This document shows, in pieces, positions 7,764 to 17,476 of a DNA stretch of 64,000 nucleotides. Within the stretch, counting starts at the first letter, position 1; every line of letters begins with the position of its first letter. The DNA is from Bacteroidaceae bacterium (GTDB taxonomy: Bacteria > Bacteroidota > Bacteroidia > Bacteroidales > Bacteroidaceae), in assembly GCA_017520935.1 (NCBI GenBank), contig JAFXEF010000045.1:44469-108468 (forward strand), read 5' to 3'. The notes beneath the pieces were generated by a model. It was not told the DNA's origin, ran no database searches, and saw nothing but the letters and a program-made list of their open reading frames with translations. The translations under genes were made by a program, and so were the position numbers.

Positions 7764-7922
7764 TTATGACAAATAGACAGTTCCTACACGCTTTTGCACG
7801 AAAGAGGCAGGTCCGCCCGGCATCTTCACCTTCACAAGTATGGCCGTCACCAGTATCACAGGCCACAAGAAACAGAGACCGAGGAATGCAACCACTCGGT
7901 CGAAAATGAATTTCAGTATCAT
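7764..7922 (-). pseudogene. 52-codon remnant duplicating the N-terminus of the sugar transferase
   Basis: It translates MILKFIFDRVVAFLGLCFLWPVILVTAILVKVKMPGGPASFVQKRV, then diverges and stops at 7764. It is near-identical to the first 46 aa of the gene starting at 5135. Confidence 0.75.
7786..7922. repeat. 137-bp direct repeat, copy B
   Basis: Pairs with 4999..5135 (131/137 identical). Confidence 0.9.
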
Positions 7923-7930
7923 AATGTATG

Positions 7931-8005
7931 TGTTAGTGTTGAAAGTTGAAAGTTGAGGGTTTAGGGTGGAGTGGAAAGCTCATAATTCATAATTTAGAAT
8001 TAAGC
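7931..8005. repeat. Stutter tract (GAAAGTT / GGGTTTAGGGT / CATAATT flavours)
   Basis: Degenerate tandem short words: gttgaaagttgaaagttgagggtttagggtggagtggaaagctcataattcataatttagaatt. Boundaries approximate. Confidence 0.7.
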
Positions 8006-8039
8006 ACACAGTGCTTCTCGTCCTCGTCAGTATCGGCGT

Positions 8040-8243
8040 TTACGAATGTTGCAGTTCCATTACTATTTCCTCTGCCACGTATGCATCGCTCAACAGTTGA
8101 AGTCCACTTTTCGGATTGTGTATTAGCGTACACACGCGAGAGCTATAGAAGATGTTCAAAGCCTGCTTAGCATCAACGCCTAACCGTTGTGAGAGCAGTG
8201 TTACGATTCGAGCTATTTTTCGCCACAGAAGTATTTCATTCAT
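8040..8243 (-). CDS. DUF3791-like small protein
   Basis: A 67-aa ORF starting at MNEILLW, with an ATGA overlap on the upstream gene's stop. The family call is from memory of the DUF3791/DUF3990 gene pairs common in gut anaerobes. Confidence 0.5.
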   Translation of the reverse strand: MNEILLWRKIARIVTLLSQRLGVDAKQALNIFYSSRVCTLIHNPKSGLQLLSDAYVAEEIVMELQHS

Positions 8244-8755
8244 ACGCCTACCTCCTCTTCGTTCACGAGACAACTATCCACATATACCAAACAGGAGTCT
8301 ATCAACTGTTGATTCAACAGACACAGTTGGTTATTTGGTTGTGCGTAAGCCAACTTTGCTAACGTATGCTCCACATCAGCCAATCCTGCAAGATATGCTT
8401 CCACTGCATCCACCACCTTGTCATTGGCTACCCCACCTATTATCAAGTCATATCCTTCCCACGGGGTTTCCCCATGCCTACTCGCAGCGATGAACTCCAG
8501 CCATTCTTGGTTATACCCATCAAGATGCCGTTGTTTATACCCACCAGCATTCACCTTATCCATATCGAGGTGATATTCATTTAGCCATGCCACATCGGAA
8601 CGTCTGAGGATTTGCTGTCGCAAAGCCCACTGCACGGCCTGTTCACGGTACGTAGTCAAATAAAAACCTTGGCCGAAATCGAGGTTCTTGCGGCCTAAAC
8701 TCACCAAAGGATGCTCCACCCTGTGCGTAGAGCCATGAAATAGTGTCAATATCAT
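8240..8755 (-). CDS. DUF3990-like protein
   Basis: MILTLFHGSTHRVEHPLVSLGRKNLDFGQGFYLT is an N-terminus typical of DUF3990. The protein is 171 aa and is flanked on both sides by overlapping small ORFs. Confidence 0.55.
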   Translation of the reverse strand: MILTLFHGSTHRVEHPLVSLGRKNLDFGQGFYLTTYREQAVQWALRQQILRRSDVAWLNEYHLDMDKVNAGGYKQRHLDGYNQEWLEFIAASRHGETPWEGYDLIIGGVANDKVVDAVEAYLAGLADVEHTLAKLAYAQPNNQLCLLNQQLIDSCLVYVDSCLVNEEEVGV

Positions 8756-9024
8756 AGCTCGTTCCCTTTTCCTTTAGATGTGCTTTCCCACTTAAGCAAG
8801 GCTTCTATGGTATCTTCTGCCACATGCTCGAGGCTCATAGTGTGAAACACGTCATAATATTTAACAATATAAGACTCTATAAGGTTTTGGGCACTGAGGC
8901 GCTGCTGCATCTCGCCAGGACTGACATTCATCTTCTTTGCCGCTGCCTCTATTGCCAAAATGGCAAAATGCAGTTGTTCTTCAGTCCACTGCCCTGCAGC
9001 CACATTTCCTGATACATCTTTCAT
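8752..9024 (-). CDS. DUF3791-like small protein
   Basis: A 90-aa ORF with a 4-nt overlap on the DUF3990-like gene. Confidence 0.5.
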   Translation of the reverse strand: MKDVSGNVAAGQWTEEQLHFAILAIEAAAKKMNVSPGEMQQRLSAQNLIESYIVKYYDVFHTMSLEHVAEDTIEALLKWESTSKGKGNEL

Positions 9025-9097
9025 AAGCTATGCATTACACCATTCACTCTGCGAAAATACAAAGATTCCATGAAACAACAAAGTTATTGGGGCAAAA

Positions 9098-9143
9098 GTT
9101 GAGAGTTTATAATTCGAACTTCGTAATTCGAAACTCGAAACTC
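9098..9143. repeat. Stutter tract (TAATTCGAA flavour)
   Basis: Sequence: gttgagagtttataattcgaacttcgtaattcgaaactcgaaactc. Boundaries approximate. Confidence 0.65.
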
Positions 9144-9177
9144 TGTGGAGACCCTACCAAGGCTCATAGCTCACAGC

Positions 9178-10260
9178 TCACTCCAGCTTCACCTTACGCT
9201 TCAAATATGAGCTAAAAGAGAAAGTATTCCATACCATCAGCCAATAACTCTCACTTGCGAGACTACGGTATCGCCACATACGACCAAACCGTCGGAGAAT
9301 GCGGAAACACTTCTGCAGAAAACTCTCTTTGCTAATATCTGGATGACCATCCATAATATCCTGCATCACTTGATGCACCAAGGCGCATCCGGTTCCATCT
9401 TCTGATGGTATTCTTAGCGACTTCACACTAATATCCATCCCCAAAAACTCCACACACATTTCAGTCATCACTTGTGCAAAACGAATGATTCTGCACTTCT
9501 CCATCTCAGGCACCAGATTCTCCCAATCCACACTTTCCTGCTCTTTCTGTAGAAAAAAGGCCCAGTCCAGAAGATGGCGAAGATTGATTCCCTCACTAAT
9601 AAAATGCATCAATGCGTGTTTAATTAAGAAGAAAGCATTAAAATCAGCACTGGGGCTAAGCAAATGAGTATTTGCCAACTGACGATGCCCCCCATCTATT
9701 AGTTGTTGCAGATAGCGTTCTGTATATACACCTCTCCTTGTGTTGTTAAAATTTGTGAGATAGTAATGATTCTCTATCGTCAGTCCTTTATAGTGTAAAT
9801 GAGCATGTTTGTATCCTCCATCTTCGACCTTTCCGCCTATCACTGCAGTGATACAATCTCCCTCTTTGCCTTTACCCATCATATAGCAATCCAAGTCGCC
9901 ACATTCACGTGTCATTGGATTTGGGTAATATACACCAAAGGCAAGTCCCTTCAACACGACTACAGGGATGCCGTTCTCATACATTTTATCTGCATACTCA
10001 GCAGACAATGAAAACATCTTCTTCAATTGCTGCTCTACGTATAACGCCTGCGAATACCATCCTAACAGGACATTCCTAGGGGGTGCTACTTCCTTGGGAA
10101 GCGACTGTATTTTATCAAACACGACGGCAGATACTCCCTGTTTTTTTGACAGTTCAAATAGGGTCTGCCAATCACCGGGAGTAAGTCCTCCCATAAAAGA
10201 AGGACTAAGAGGTTCCGCGCTTACAACACATTTCAGTAGATAGAAAAGAGTTTCATCCAT
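9178..10260 (-). CDS. Uncharacterised nucleotidyltransferase family protein (NTP_transf_5-like)
   Basis: VVLKGLAFGVYYPNPMTRECGDLDCYM fits the G..(x)n..DLD motif of this family, which is frequent in Bacteroidales CPS loci. Confidence 0.6.
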   Translation of the reverse strand: MDETLFYLLKCVVSAEPLSPSFMGGLTPGDWQTLFELSKKQGVSAVVFDKIQSLPKEVAPPRNVLLGWYSQALYVEQQLKKMFSLSAEYADKMYENGIPVVVLKGLAFGVYYPNPMTRECGDLDCYMMGKGKEGDCITAVIGGKVEDGGYKHAHLHYKGLTIENHYYLTNFNNTRRGVYTERYLQQLIDGGHRQLANTHLLSPSADFNAFFLIKHALMHFISEGINLRHLLDWAFFLQKEQESVDWENLVPEMEKCRIIRFAQVMTEMCVEFLGMDISVKSLRIPSEDGTGCALVHQVMQDIMDGHPDISKESFLQKCFRILRRFGRMWRYRSLASESYWLMVWNTFSFSSYLKRKVKLE

Positions 10261-10302
10261 TATTCATCCAAGCTACTCACTATAATAATTTTAAGAATGT
10301 CC

Positions 10303-10737
10303 CTATCCATTATACGCCCCATCCTTCGCTTCAAAGATGGCGCTTGGTTCCAGCACCTCAACCGTATGCCATACCCCTTGGGGAATTTGTACGCCATACT
10401 TACCTTCACGTGGACAGAGCTCCACACGCTTCACTTCACGGAACGAGCACTTCCTTACCACCTCTTCGGTACGGGAAGTCGTTTCGCGAATATACTCCAC
10501 CACTTCCTCGTAGAAGATCTCCACGAGTCGGCCTTCTATGCAAATGACCGTCTCCGTAGTGTCCTCATGCCGATGTATAGGCACCTGAGTACCTACCTCC
10601 AGCACATTGAGCATACGTTGCGAGGTATCAGCAGCAGAAGTACGGAGATCATAGTTCTGGCGCAAGCGAGGAGAAGCCTTAGCCTGTTCCGTCAAGCCAG
10701 TCAACAATGTCCTTTTAATCTCCAATATTTCTATCAT
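10303..10737 (-). CDS. wbuC: WbuC-family cupin fold protein
   Basis: SPRLRQNYDLRTSAADTSQRMLNVLEVGTQVPIHRHEDTTETVICIEGRL matches the WbuC cupin signature. Confidence 0.65.
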   Translation of the reverse strand: MIEILEIKRTLLTGLTEQAKASPRLRQNYDLRTSAADTSQRMLNVLEVGTQVPIHRHEDTTETVICIEGRLVEIFYEEVVEYIRETTSRTEEVVRKCSFREVKRVELCPREGKYGVQIPQGVWHTVEVLEPSAIFEAKDGAYNG

Positions 10738-10825
10738 TCTCTTTTTTGAGGGGCAAGTTACTCTACAGGTCTCTCATACAAATATAGAAAAGACTTTTAT
10801 TAAAAATCCAAATTCTCAGATATTC

Positions 10826-11425
10826 TCAGAATCCAGTTTTACCTATATTCTCATTGTTAGCATTAGTCACGACCTTAAAAATTGTCATGAAGAAAATCTT
10901 CAGGTCAAGTTTCAGACTCATATGTTGGGCATACCATACATTTAGTTCTATACGCTCTGGCCAAGGTACCTCTTTACGACCATTTACCTGAGCCCATCCG
11001 GTCACGCCTGGGAGCACATCAAACATCTGTTTTTGATGCTCAGTATACTGTTCATAAGGCCAAGGGTGATATGTCAAAGCAGGACGAGGGCCAATTAGCG
11101 CCATGTCACCCTTTAGGATATTGACAAGTTGTGGAAGTTCATCAATAGAGGTAGCACGAATTATTCTACCCACACGAGTTATACGACTATCCCCTTTATA
11201 GGAATACACGCCAGTACCCTGTCTTTCTGCACCAACACACATGGAACGAAATTTCCAGATCTTAAATGGAACACCATCTTTACCCAAACGTTCTTGCTTA
11301 AAGAGCACAGGTCCTTTAGAATCCACTTTAATAAGAATTGCGACAATTACTAAAGGCACAAATAAGATGAGCAATGCTACTAAAGCAACAATGAAATCAA
11401 AGAATCTTTTAAAATACTTATACAT
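10826..11425 (-). CDS. Bacterial sugar transferase (initiating glycosyl-1-phosphate transferase), intact
   Basis: It has an N-terminal TM helix, KQERLGKDGVPFKIWKFRSM, DELPQLVNILKGDMALIGPRP and PGVTGWAQVNGR. Confidence 0.85.
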   Translation of the reverse strand: MYKYFKRFFDFIVALVALLILFVPLVIVAILIKVDSKGPVLFKQERLGKDGVPFKIWKFRSMCVGAERQGTGVYSYKGDSRITRVGRIIRATSIDELPQLVNILKGDMALIGPRPALTYHPWPYEQYTEHQKQMFDVLPGVTGWAQVNGRKEVPWPERIELNVWYAQHMSLKLDLKIFFMTIFKVVTNANNENIGKTGF

Positions 11426-11459
11426 AACATCTTACATTTTATATTTATCCAACTTCTCT

Positions 11460-12596
11460 TCAACGACTCAGCTCATAGATACATTCCAGTTCTTTCTTTA
11501 CATTTACAAACGTATATTGTTGTGCAAACTTTAATGCCTCTGTTTCGATGGACGATTTCACCTCCTCATTCTGCAACAGCAGCAATATCTTTTCAGCCAT
11601 TGTTTCACTATCGTCTACTGCCACTAAGAAACCCGTACTGCCATCTTTTATCAGTTCTCGGTGTCCACGGTTCATACTGGCCACAACTGGATTACCACTT
11701 AACATTGACTCCACGACATTCAATGGCAATCCCTCACGTTTGGAACAACACACTTGTACATCTACAATATGCTGATAGTCCTCAAGATTGGTAACATAAC
11801 CTATCATTTGTACATTGCTTTCCAACCCTTCTTGATGTACAAAATCTTTAAGGGATGCTTCTCGTGGTCCATTTCCAGCAAGAATCAGTAATGCATCAGG
11901 ATATTTCTTTACGACCTTATGCATTGCTTCAATCGCCATTGTTTGATTCTTATTCTGATTCAACTCGCCTATGCACAAGATAAGTTTCTGCTTGTTAGCA
12001 TACCCCATTTTCTCGCGTAACGCTATTTTTTCTTCTTCTGTACATTTATAATAACGTTCTCCATTGACCCCGACTCCATGCATATGCTCAATAGGACAAT
12101 AAAACTTATCTGTCGCCAACTTGTAATCTTCGGTAGTGATCGTAATCAATTTATCGGTCATCTTGCTAAAATAGCGTTCAATCGGATAATATGTCATCCA
12201 ACTCAATTTAGAGGCCCCTTCATAAAAATGGAAGCCATGAGCCGTATAGAACACCTTGGTACCTCTTTTATTACGTGCTTCTCGGGCTGCCAAACGAGTC
12301 ACGATTCCTCCCATAGGTGTATTGCAGTGCACCACTTCATAATGCTCGTTGTCCAAAATCTGTTTCAAACGTTTATACGCTGTGATATTATCCAAACTTT
12401 TAGGTGACCGACTAAAAGGTACGTTATACACTTTATCTGCAAAATCAAGTTTTAGACCATTTTTTAAATGTAAATTATCATTTGCAGCCACATGCACTTC
12501 GTATCCATGCTCATGTAGCACTTCTGCCAATGGACGATGGAACTGAGCGATATGACTCTGTACAGTCGCCACCAAAAGGACCTTCTTCATGTTCAT
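11460..12596 (-). CDS. Glycosyltransferase, GT4-like
   Basis: GT-B layout. The C-terminal half has CSKREGLPLNVVESMLSGNPVVAS (E-x7-E-type motif). Confidence 0.8.
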   Translation of the reverse strand: MNMKKVLLVATVQSHIAQFHRPLAEVLHEHGYEVHVAANDNLHLKNGLKLDFADKVYNVPFSRSPKSLDNITAYKRLKQILDNEHYEVVHCNTPMGGIVTRLAAREARNKRGTKVFYTAHGFHFYEGASKLSWMTYYPIERYFSKMTDKLITITTEDYKLATDKFYCPIEHMHGVGVNGERYYKCTEEEKIALREKMGYANKQKLILCIGELNQNKNQTMAIEAMHKVVKKYPDALLILAGNGPREASLKDFVHQEGLESNVQMIGYVTNLEDYQHIVDVQVCCSKREGLPLNVVESMLSGNPVVASMNRGHRELIKDGSTGFLVAVDDSETMAEKILLLLQNEEVKSSIETEALKFAQQYTFVNVKKELECIYELSR

Positions 12597-13510
12597 TACT
12601 TACTTTTGTTTATAAACCTCTTTAAATTCAAGTACATCAGATCAAACATTCGCTTATTATTCCCATTACCCACAAATGAATTGTGTGGACTTACAGCCAC
12701 ATTATTCATAGTCCACAGTGGGTTTGTTTCATCCAATGGTTCTGTTTCAAACACATCCAAAGCCGCAAACAAATCTTGGCGAATGTTCAGCACTTCACAC
12801 ATCGCCTTCTCATCAATCAATCCACCACGCGCAATATTCACAATCATAGCATTCTGTTTCATATTCATCAGCACATCACGATTAATCAATCCGCGAGTCG
12901 ACGGTAACAGAGGAGCAGTAAGCACTATAACATCAAATTCAGACACACGTGCTCTGAAATTCTCGGTCAAATCCATTTCTTCAAAACCAACTGTTTCATT
13001 CTTATGGATATCAAAACCTGTTATTTTTACTCCAAAGGGCACAAAACGTTTTGCTACTTCCTGTCCGACATTACCTGCACCTACCACTGCAATCTTGGAG
13101 CCAGCCAATTCTCTCAATCCACGATGCTTGGTCCAACAACAGTTTTTCTGTTCCTTTCGGAAAAATCCTCCTTGCTTACAATGCTCTAAGATTCGAAAAA
13201 CCGCCCATTCAGCCATCGGCACACTATAGACTCCCCTAGCATTATGCAGTTCTATACCCCGTTCTTTTATTTTATCAACAGGAACACGGTCCAAGCCTAC
13301 ACTTGTCAACTGTATAAAACTCAGTCGCTGAAACTTACCAATATCATGGGTTAAAAAGAGTCCGTTGCACACTACAGCATCCACTTCATCTGCTGCTAAT
13401 GGCAGGTCCTCTTTTTCTTGTTGCATAAAATAGACAGAAAATCCTAAGGAATTCAATTTTTGCATCTGTTCCTCTGAATACTTAAAACAACCGGTTAACA
13501 ATAGGTTCAT
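12596..13510 (-). CDS. D-isomer-specific 2-hydroxyacid dehydrogenase family protein
   Basis: It has the NAD-binding motif VVGAGNVGQEVAKRF, then IVNIARGGLID and PHNSF. I chose start MNLLLTG (13510) over the track start 13546. Confidence 0.8.
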   Translation of the reverse strand: MNLLLTGCFKYSEEQMQKLNSLGFSVYFMQQEKEDLPLAADEVDAVVCNGLFLTHDIGKFQRLSFIQLTSVGLDRVPVDKIKERGIELHNARGVYSVPMAEWAVFRILEHCKQGGFFRKEQKNCCWTKHRGLRELAGSKIAVVGAGNVGQEVAKRFVPFGVKITGFDIHKNETVGFEEMDLTENFRARVSEFDVIVLTAPLLPSTRGLINRDVLMNMKQNAMIVNIARGGLIDEKAMCEVLNIRQDLFAALDVFETEPLDETNPLWTMNNVAVSPHNSFVGNGNNKRMFDLMYLNLKRFINKSK

Positions 13511-13853
13511 ATATTTTTTCTTTTGATTATTTGTTGGAACACACATCTTTGACTATAGCTGCAAATAGGAATATCGAATTTAGAATAAAACAATTAATAG
13601 GGAATACCCCAATACAACTGTTTGCTATAACTCGTAATGATTATTGTAGCAAAAGCTCTTTTCAAAACGATAAACAAAAAATCTTTTAGGCCATTATCTC
13701 TTTAACGTCAGTCCGATATAAGAAATTCCTTTTTGAAATCATCTAACCAACTATCCCTCTGATTATAGAGAGACGATCCCAAAGGGCGGTGCGAATTTCA
13801 AGCGAAGCGAGGAGTTAAAAAATCAGTTTATTTCTCTACGCGATGCGCTTATA

Positions 13854-13870
13854 CCCCTCCCTGGGAGGGG
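13854..13870. repeat. GC-rich hairpin CCCCTCCC-T-GGGAGGGG followed by a G-run
   Basis: Palindromic arms at 13854-13861 and 13863-13870. The 29-nt core resembles the reverse complement of the element inside ugd at 36908-36936 (23 of 29 positions). Confidence 0.7.
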
Positions 13871-13925
13871 GCGGGGGGGTGGAGCAAAGTTCTTGCAATA
13901 AGTATGTTATGAATTTTTCTTATAT

Positions 13926-14807
13926 CTAGTTCATATTCTTTACTATATCATCCACAGATTTACATACACCATCGTGATTATTATCAAAGTCACTCACAGA
14001 CAGCAATGATATCTCTCTCTCTAAATTACGAATCTCAGTTATTCCACTTGTAAAAATACGACGAATCTCATCAAGATTAGTAATTACATCCGTATTACAA
14101 AAAGCCCGACTCACAATCACCATCTGACTACCCAAGCGATAATGTTCCTTTAAAATCATACGCCCAGGAACTGCACCACCATCTAATGAAGCCAAACCTC
14201 CAAAGCCGAACTGTATTCCCTTCTTACGAATAATCTTCGTCCATTTATCAACGGACCCATCAGCTAGCAACTGAAACATAAATTTCAAACCAAGAGCGAG
14301 ATGCATATCATTCAGTCCAATATGAATCATATCAATACCTGAAATGTCAACAATTTGTTCCAACAAATTAGCAGCCTCAGGGGTTTCGAGTAACAAACAT
14401 GTCTTAACATCTCTATTATATCTATCCCTTCCTTTTGAAACTATTCGGATAAAAGTATCAATCTCATCTATCGTCTTAAAAAAAGGAAGCATTATAATAT
14501 CTGCACCTGCTTTAATTACAGAATTAATTTCTTCCTCACTAGACGGATAGTTCATTCGATAAATAGAGCTATCTTCGCATAATTCCTCATGTATTGGATT
14601 TACTCGCACAAGAAGCTTCGATTGAGTTAACACTTTTTTGATGTTATAAACATCTTCAAATGTATGATGATTCTGTACCGTATCAAGCCCCCCCTGCCTA
14701 TAATCTTTACCAATAAATTCCATATCTACAAAAATCCAGTCAACTCCTACATTTTCTGCTATTTTTGCAATTTCAGGACGATTGGTTATGTACATTAATC
14801 TAAGCAT
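13926..14807 (-). CDS. HpcH/HpaI aldolase / citrate-lyase-beta-like family protein
   Basis: The N-terminus MLRLMYITNRPEIAKIAENVGVDWIFVDMEFIGK and the size fit the aldolase-type TIM-barrel proteins seen in CPS loci. Assignment is from memory. Confidence 0.55.
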   Translation of the reverse strand: MLRLMYITNRPEIAKIAENVGVDWIFVDMEFIGKDYRQGGLDTVQNHHTFEDVYNIKKVLTQSKLLVRVNPIHEELCEDSSIYRMNYPSSEEEINSVIKAGADIIMLPFFKTIDEIDTFIRIVSKGRDRYNRDVKTCLLLETPEAANLLEQIVDISGIDMIHIGLNDMHLALGLKFMFQLLADGSVDKWTKIIRKKGIQFGFGGLASLDGGAVPGRMILKEHYRLGSQMVIVSRAFCNTDVITNLDEIRRIFTSGITEIRNLEREISLLSVSDFDNNHDGVCKSVDDIVKNMN

Positions 14808-14823
14808 ATTATTTGTTTGAATT

Positions 14824-16113
14824 CTATAATGAATTAGTATTAATTAGGTTTTCTAGAGACTGTCGTAATATTGATTTTGAATGATGTTTTAGTGCATATT
14901 CATACTTATTTTTTATAGACACATCAATAAGTTCAGGATTAGACAATACTTTACTTACACATTCTGCAAATTCACTTGTATTGTGGATAAAAAAACCAAT
15001 TCCAGAAGTTCTAACATAATCAATAGATCCTATATTTGACGGACCTATACATAACAATGCGGAATCAGCCTCCATATAGTCAATAATTTTTGTTGAAAAA
15101 GAAAGTCTTGTCCTTTTTATGTCTTTTGGCTCAAAGGATTCCGCTAAAATTGAGAAATCACATTCATCTAGCACTTTAACAATTTCAGTAAAGGGCTTTT
15201 GACCTTCGTATATGCAATTAACTCCATCGTTGAGCAGCTCCTTATATTCATCGCTTAAAGGATTACCAGTATAGATATGCATTTGGAATTTCACTTCTTC
15301 TGAATTAATGAGCCTTATCTGTTTGGCAATTTCCGATAGAACTTGCTCCCTTCCATATAGTAAATTACCACAATATACAGCATGTAATGGATAATTCCTC
15401 TTGCGCAAATTAGGTTTTTTAAGATTTGTACAAACTTTATATAATGGATGTATCTCTCTATTGAAAATGGCACTATACTCTTTACATAATTGGGGAGAAC
15501 CACCAAAGACAATATCGGATTCTGTAAAACTTCTCTTTAATTTTCGCCTTAAAATCCAATGATAAAATAGTTGTAAAGGAGCAGCACGATGATAAGCGTA
15601 CACATCATCACCTGAGAATAGGGCCAATTTAGCACCTGTATATTTTTTACAAAACCACAGAATATTATGTGTATACCAATTGCCATGTCCATGCATATAG
15701 ATAATGTCAGGCTTAAAATCATCTAAAAACTTTTTAAGTTTCTTATTTCGCCAAGTATTAATACTCCAAATTAATTCCCTTGCTAAAAGTAATAGAGCTG
15801 GCCTTTTTTTTCTTAATGCATTTCCTTGAGAATTATTAGTTGCCAATATAGACAAATCCGAAACACTAATCTCGGGAATTTCATCTCTACTGAAAGACAC
15901 TCCTACTGGTTTAAAATGAAGTAATGACTTAAGAATTTCACGTTCAGTTATACGAAAATATCTTGAACATATATTGTTATCGATTTTTTCGTTCCTACAG
16001 TAGATATTTGCAATCTCATCTTTCTCAGAAATATTACTAAAGAAATTTGAGAATGTATTACCTGTTGCTATCGTATTACTCCAAGCATTCACTGAAATTG
16101 TTAATATCCTCAT
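14824..16113 (-). CDS. Putative glycosyltransferase
   Basis: A 429-aa ORF in glycosyltransferase context with a GT-B-like length. No sharp motif read. Confidence 0.45.
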   Translation of the reverse strand: MRILTISVNAWSNTIATGNTFSNFFSNISEKDEIANIYCRNEKIDNNICSRYFRITEREILKSLLHFKPVGVSFSRDEIPEISVSDLSILATNNSQGNALRKKRPALLLLARELIWSINTWRNKKLKKFLDDFKPDIIYMHGHGNWYTHNILWFCKKYTGAKLALFSGDDVYAYHRAAPLQLFYHWILRRKLKRSFTESDIVFGGSPQLCKEYSAIFNREIHPLYKVCTNLKKPNLRKRNYPLHAVYCGNLLYGREQVLSEIAKQIRLINSEEVKFQMHIYTGNPLSDEYKELLNDGVNCIYEGQKPFTEIVKVLDECDFSILAESFEPKDIKRTRLSFSTKIIDYMEADSALLCIGPSNIGSIDYVRTSGIGFFIHNTSEFAECVSKVLSNPELIDVSIKNKYEYALKHHSKSILRQSLENLINTNSL

Positions 16114-17393
16114 TGAATAAAAGTTTTCAGTTCGTTAATAATCTTTATCCTTTCTTCTGCCGCTATCATTCTAGCATTAGAAAGTTTATGGCAAATTTCA
16201 GTTCTATTACTAACAATTTTCCTAAACAACTCTATCATTTTATCTTTCGTTACCTCATCAATACCTATTACATATTCATTTAGCCCCAAATCATTCATAA
16301 TACCTCGTGTTTTGTTTCCTCCATATGCAATAGCCAAGGGAGGTACCCTTTCCATCATAGAAAAAATAACCGAATGAAATCTTGTTCCAACAATATAGTC
16401 AAACTGAGAATACAAATATTTCATCTCCCTACAATTAAATGACTCGTCCGCAAAAATTTCACACCTCCCTTGTGGCAATAAAGCAGAAATCTCTTTTGCT
16501 GCATGCAAATCATCCTCATGTGCATTTTTTGCAAGAGTGTGCTGGACTAGAACTATATAAAAATTCTCATTAATTAAGTATTTGCAAAATTCAGCTATTT
16601 GATTAATATAATTTTTATACAATTCATCACCATTAGTATGTTCTGGAAACCTATAAGGTCTAACTGTAATCGCAATCTTCTGCTTATTTTGAGGTAAATT
16701 TAGTTTCAACTCTCGCTTTTGAGTTTGCAAATGTAGACCAAAATCAAAAGACTTTTTAAACTCTATACCTGGGAAATTACGAATCATATACTGACATGAA
16801 ACATCTTCTCTGCAATATATTATTTTACAACGTTTTAACGCTTGACGAACTTGCCATTTACACAAAAAACCATCTATGGGACCAAATGAATTGGGCATAA
16901 TATAAATCGGCACACCAAGTCTATTAGCAAGATACAAGGGATAAAGATGATAATAAATGAAATAAAATGCGGTTGGGCCGCCAAAAGAATGTATAAACCC
17001 CCCTCCTTTTACAAATGCGCCACTAGCTGATTTATATAAGTCTATTGTTTTTCGAATTTCCTCTCCTAATAAGAAATGTAAAAAAGAATACCTTGATATA
17101 AATAAGACAAACAATGATGAAAGTAAATCAACCATTGCCTTCACTCCCCACTTTATATAAACTGACTTATAATTAACGTTATTATCGCTTTTGTTTCGCG
17201 ATGGATGTTTCAGAATTGGAGCAAATGTCTGTATTCCTTCTTTTTTACTTTGCGCACAATCAAAATATCCATCATTTTGCATAAAATACTCCCCTTCAAA
17301 TCCTGCATCCTTTGCAATTCTAATTGTTTCCCAAATTAAGGCTTGATCACCCCGATTATGGTCTGAACAGTCTGGTAAAATTAAATATTTCAT
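16110..17393 (-). CDS. Polysaccharide pyruvyl transferase family protein
   Basis: HNRGDQALIWE lies near the N-terminus, and GTRFHSVIFSMMERVPPLAIAYGGNKTRG is the typical C-terminal motif. Confidence 0.75.
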   Translation of the reverse strand: MKYLILPDCSDHNRGDQALIWETIRIAKDAGFEGEYFMQNDGYFDCAQSKKEGIQTFAPILKHPSRNKSDNNVNYKSVYIKWGVKAMVDLLSSLFVLFISRYSFLHFLLGEEIRKTIDLYKSASGAFVKGGGFIHSFGGPTAFYFIYYHLYPLYLANRLGVPIYIMPNSFGPIDGFLCKWQVRQALKRCKIIYCREDVSCQYMIRNFPGIEFKKSFDFGLHLQTQKRELKLNLPQNKQKIAITVRPYRFPEHTNGDELYKNYINQIAEFCKYLINENFYIVLVQHTLAKNAHEDDLHAAKEISALLPQGRCEIFADESFNCREMKYLYSQFDYIVGTRFHSVIFSMMERVPPLAIAYGGNKTRGIMNDLGLNEYVIGIDEVTKDKMIELFRKIVSNRTEICHKLSNARMIAAEERIKIINELKTFIQ

Positions 17394-17476
17394 GAATTTT
17401 AATAATTTGATGTTTTTTACAAATATTATAAAATGGCAAATTACCCCTTAAAAATATATTGTCTCATAAACTAATT

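Noticed and set aside
7684-7866. Track ORF of 60 aa on the minus strand, spanning the repeat copy B.
   Set aside because: It is in the wrong frame relative to the duplicated transferase N-terminus. The meaningful reading is the 52-codon remnant 7764..7922.
13835-13845. The shared 11-mer TCTACGCGATG with 49627-49637, each next to a C-run/G-run hairpin, might mark a common mobile element.
   Set aside because: Hundreds of 11-mer matches are expected by chance among all position pairs in 64 kb. Flanking similarity is not convincing.
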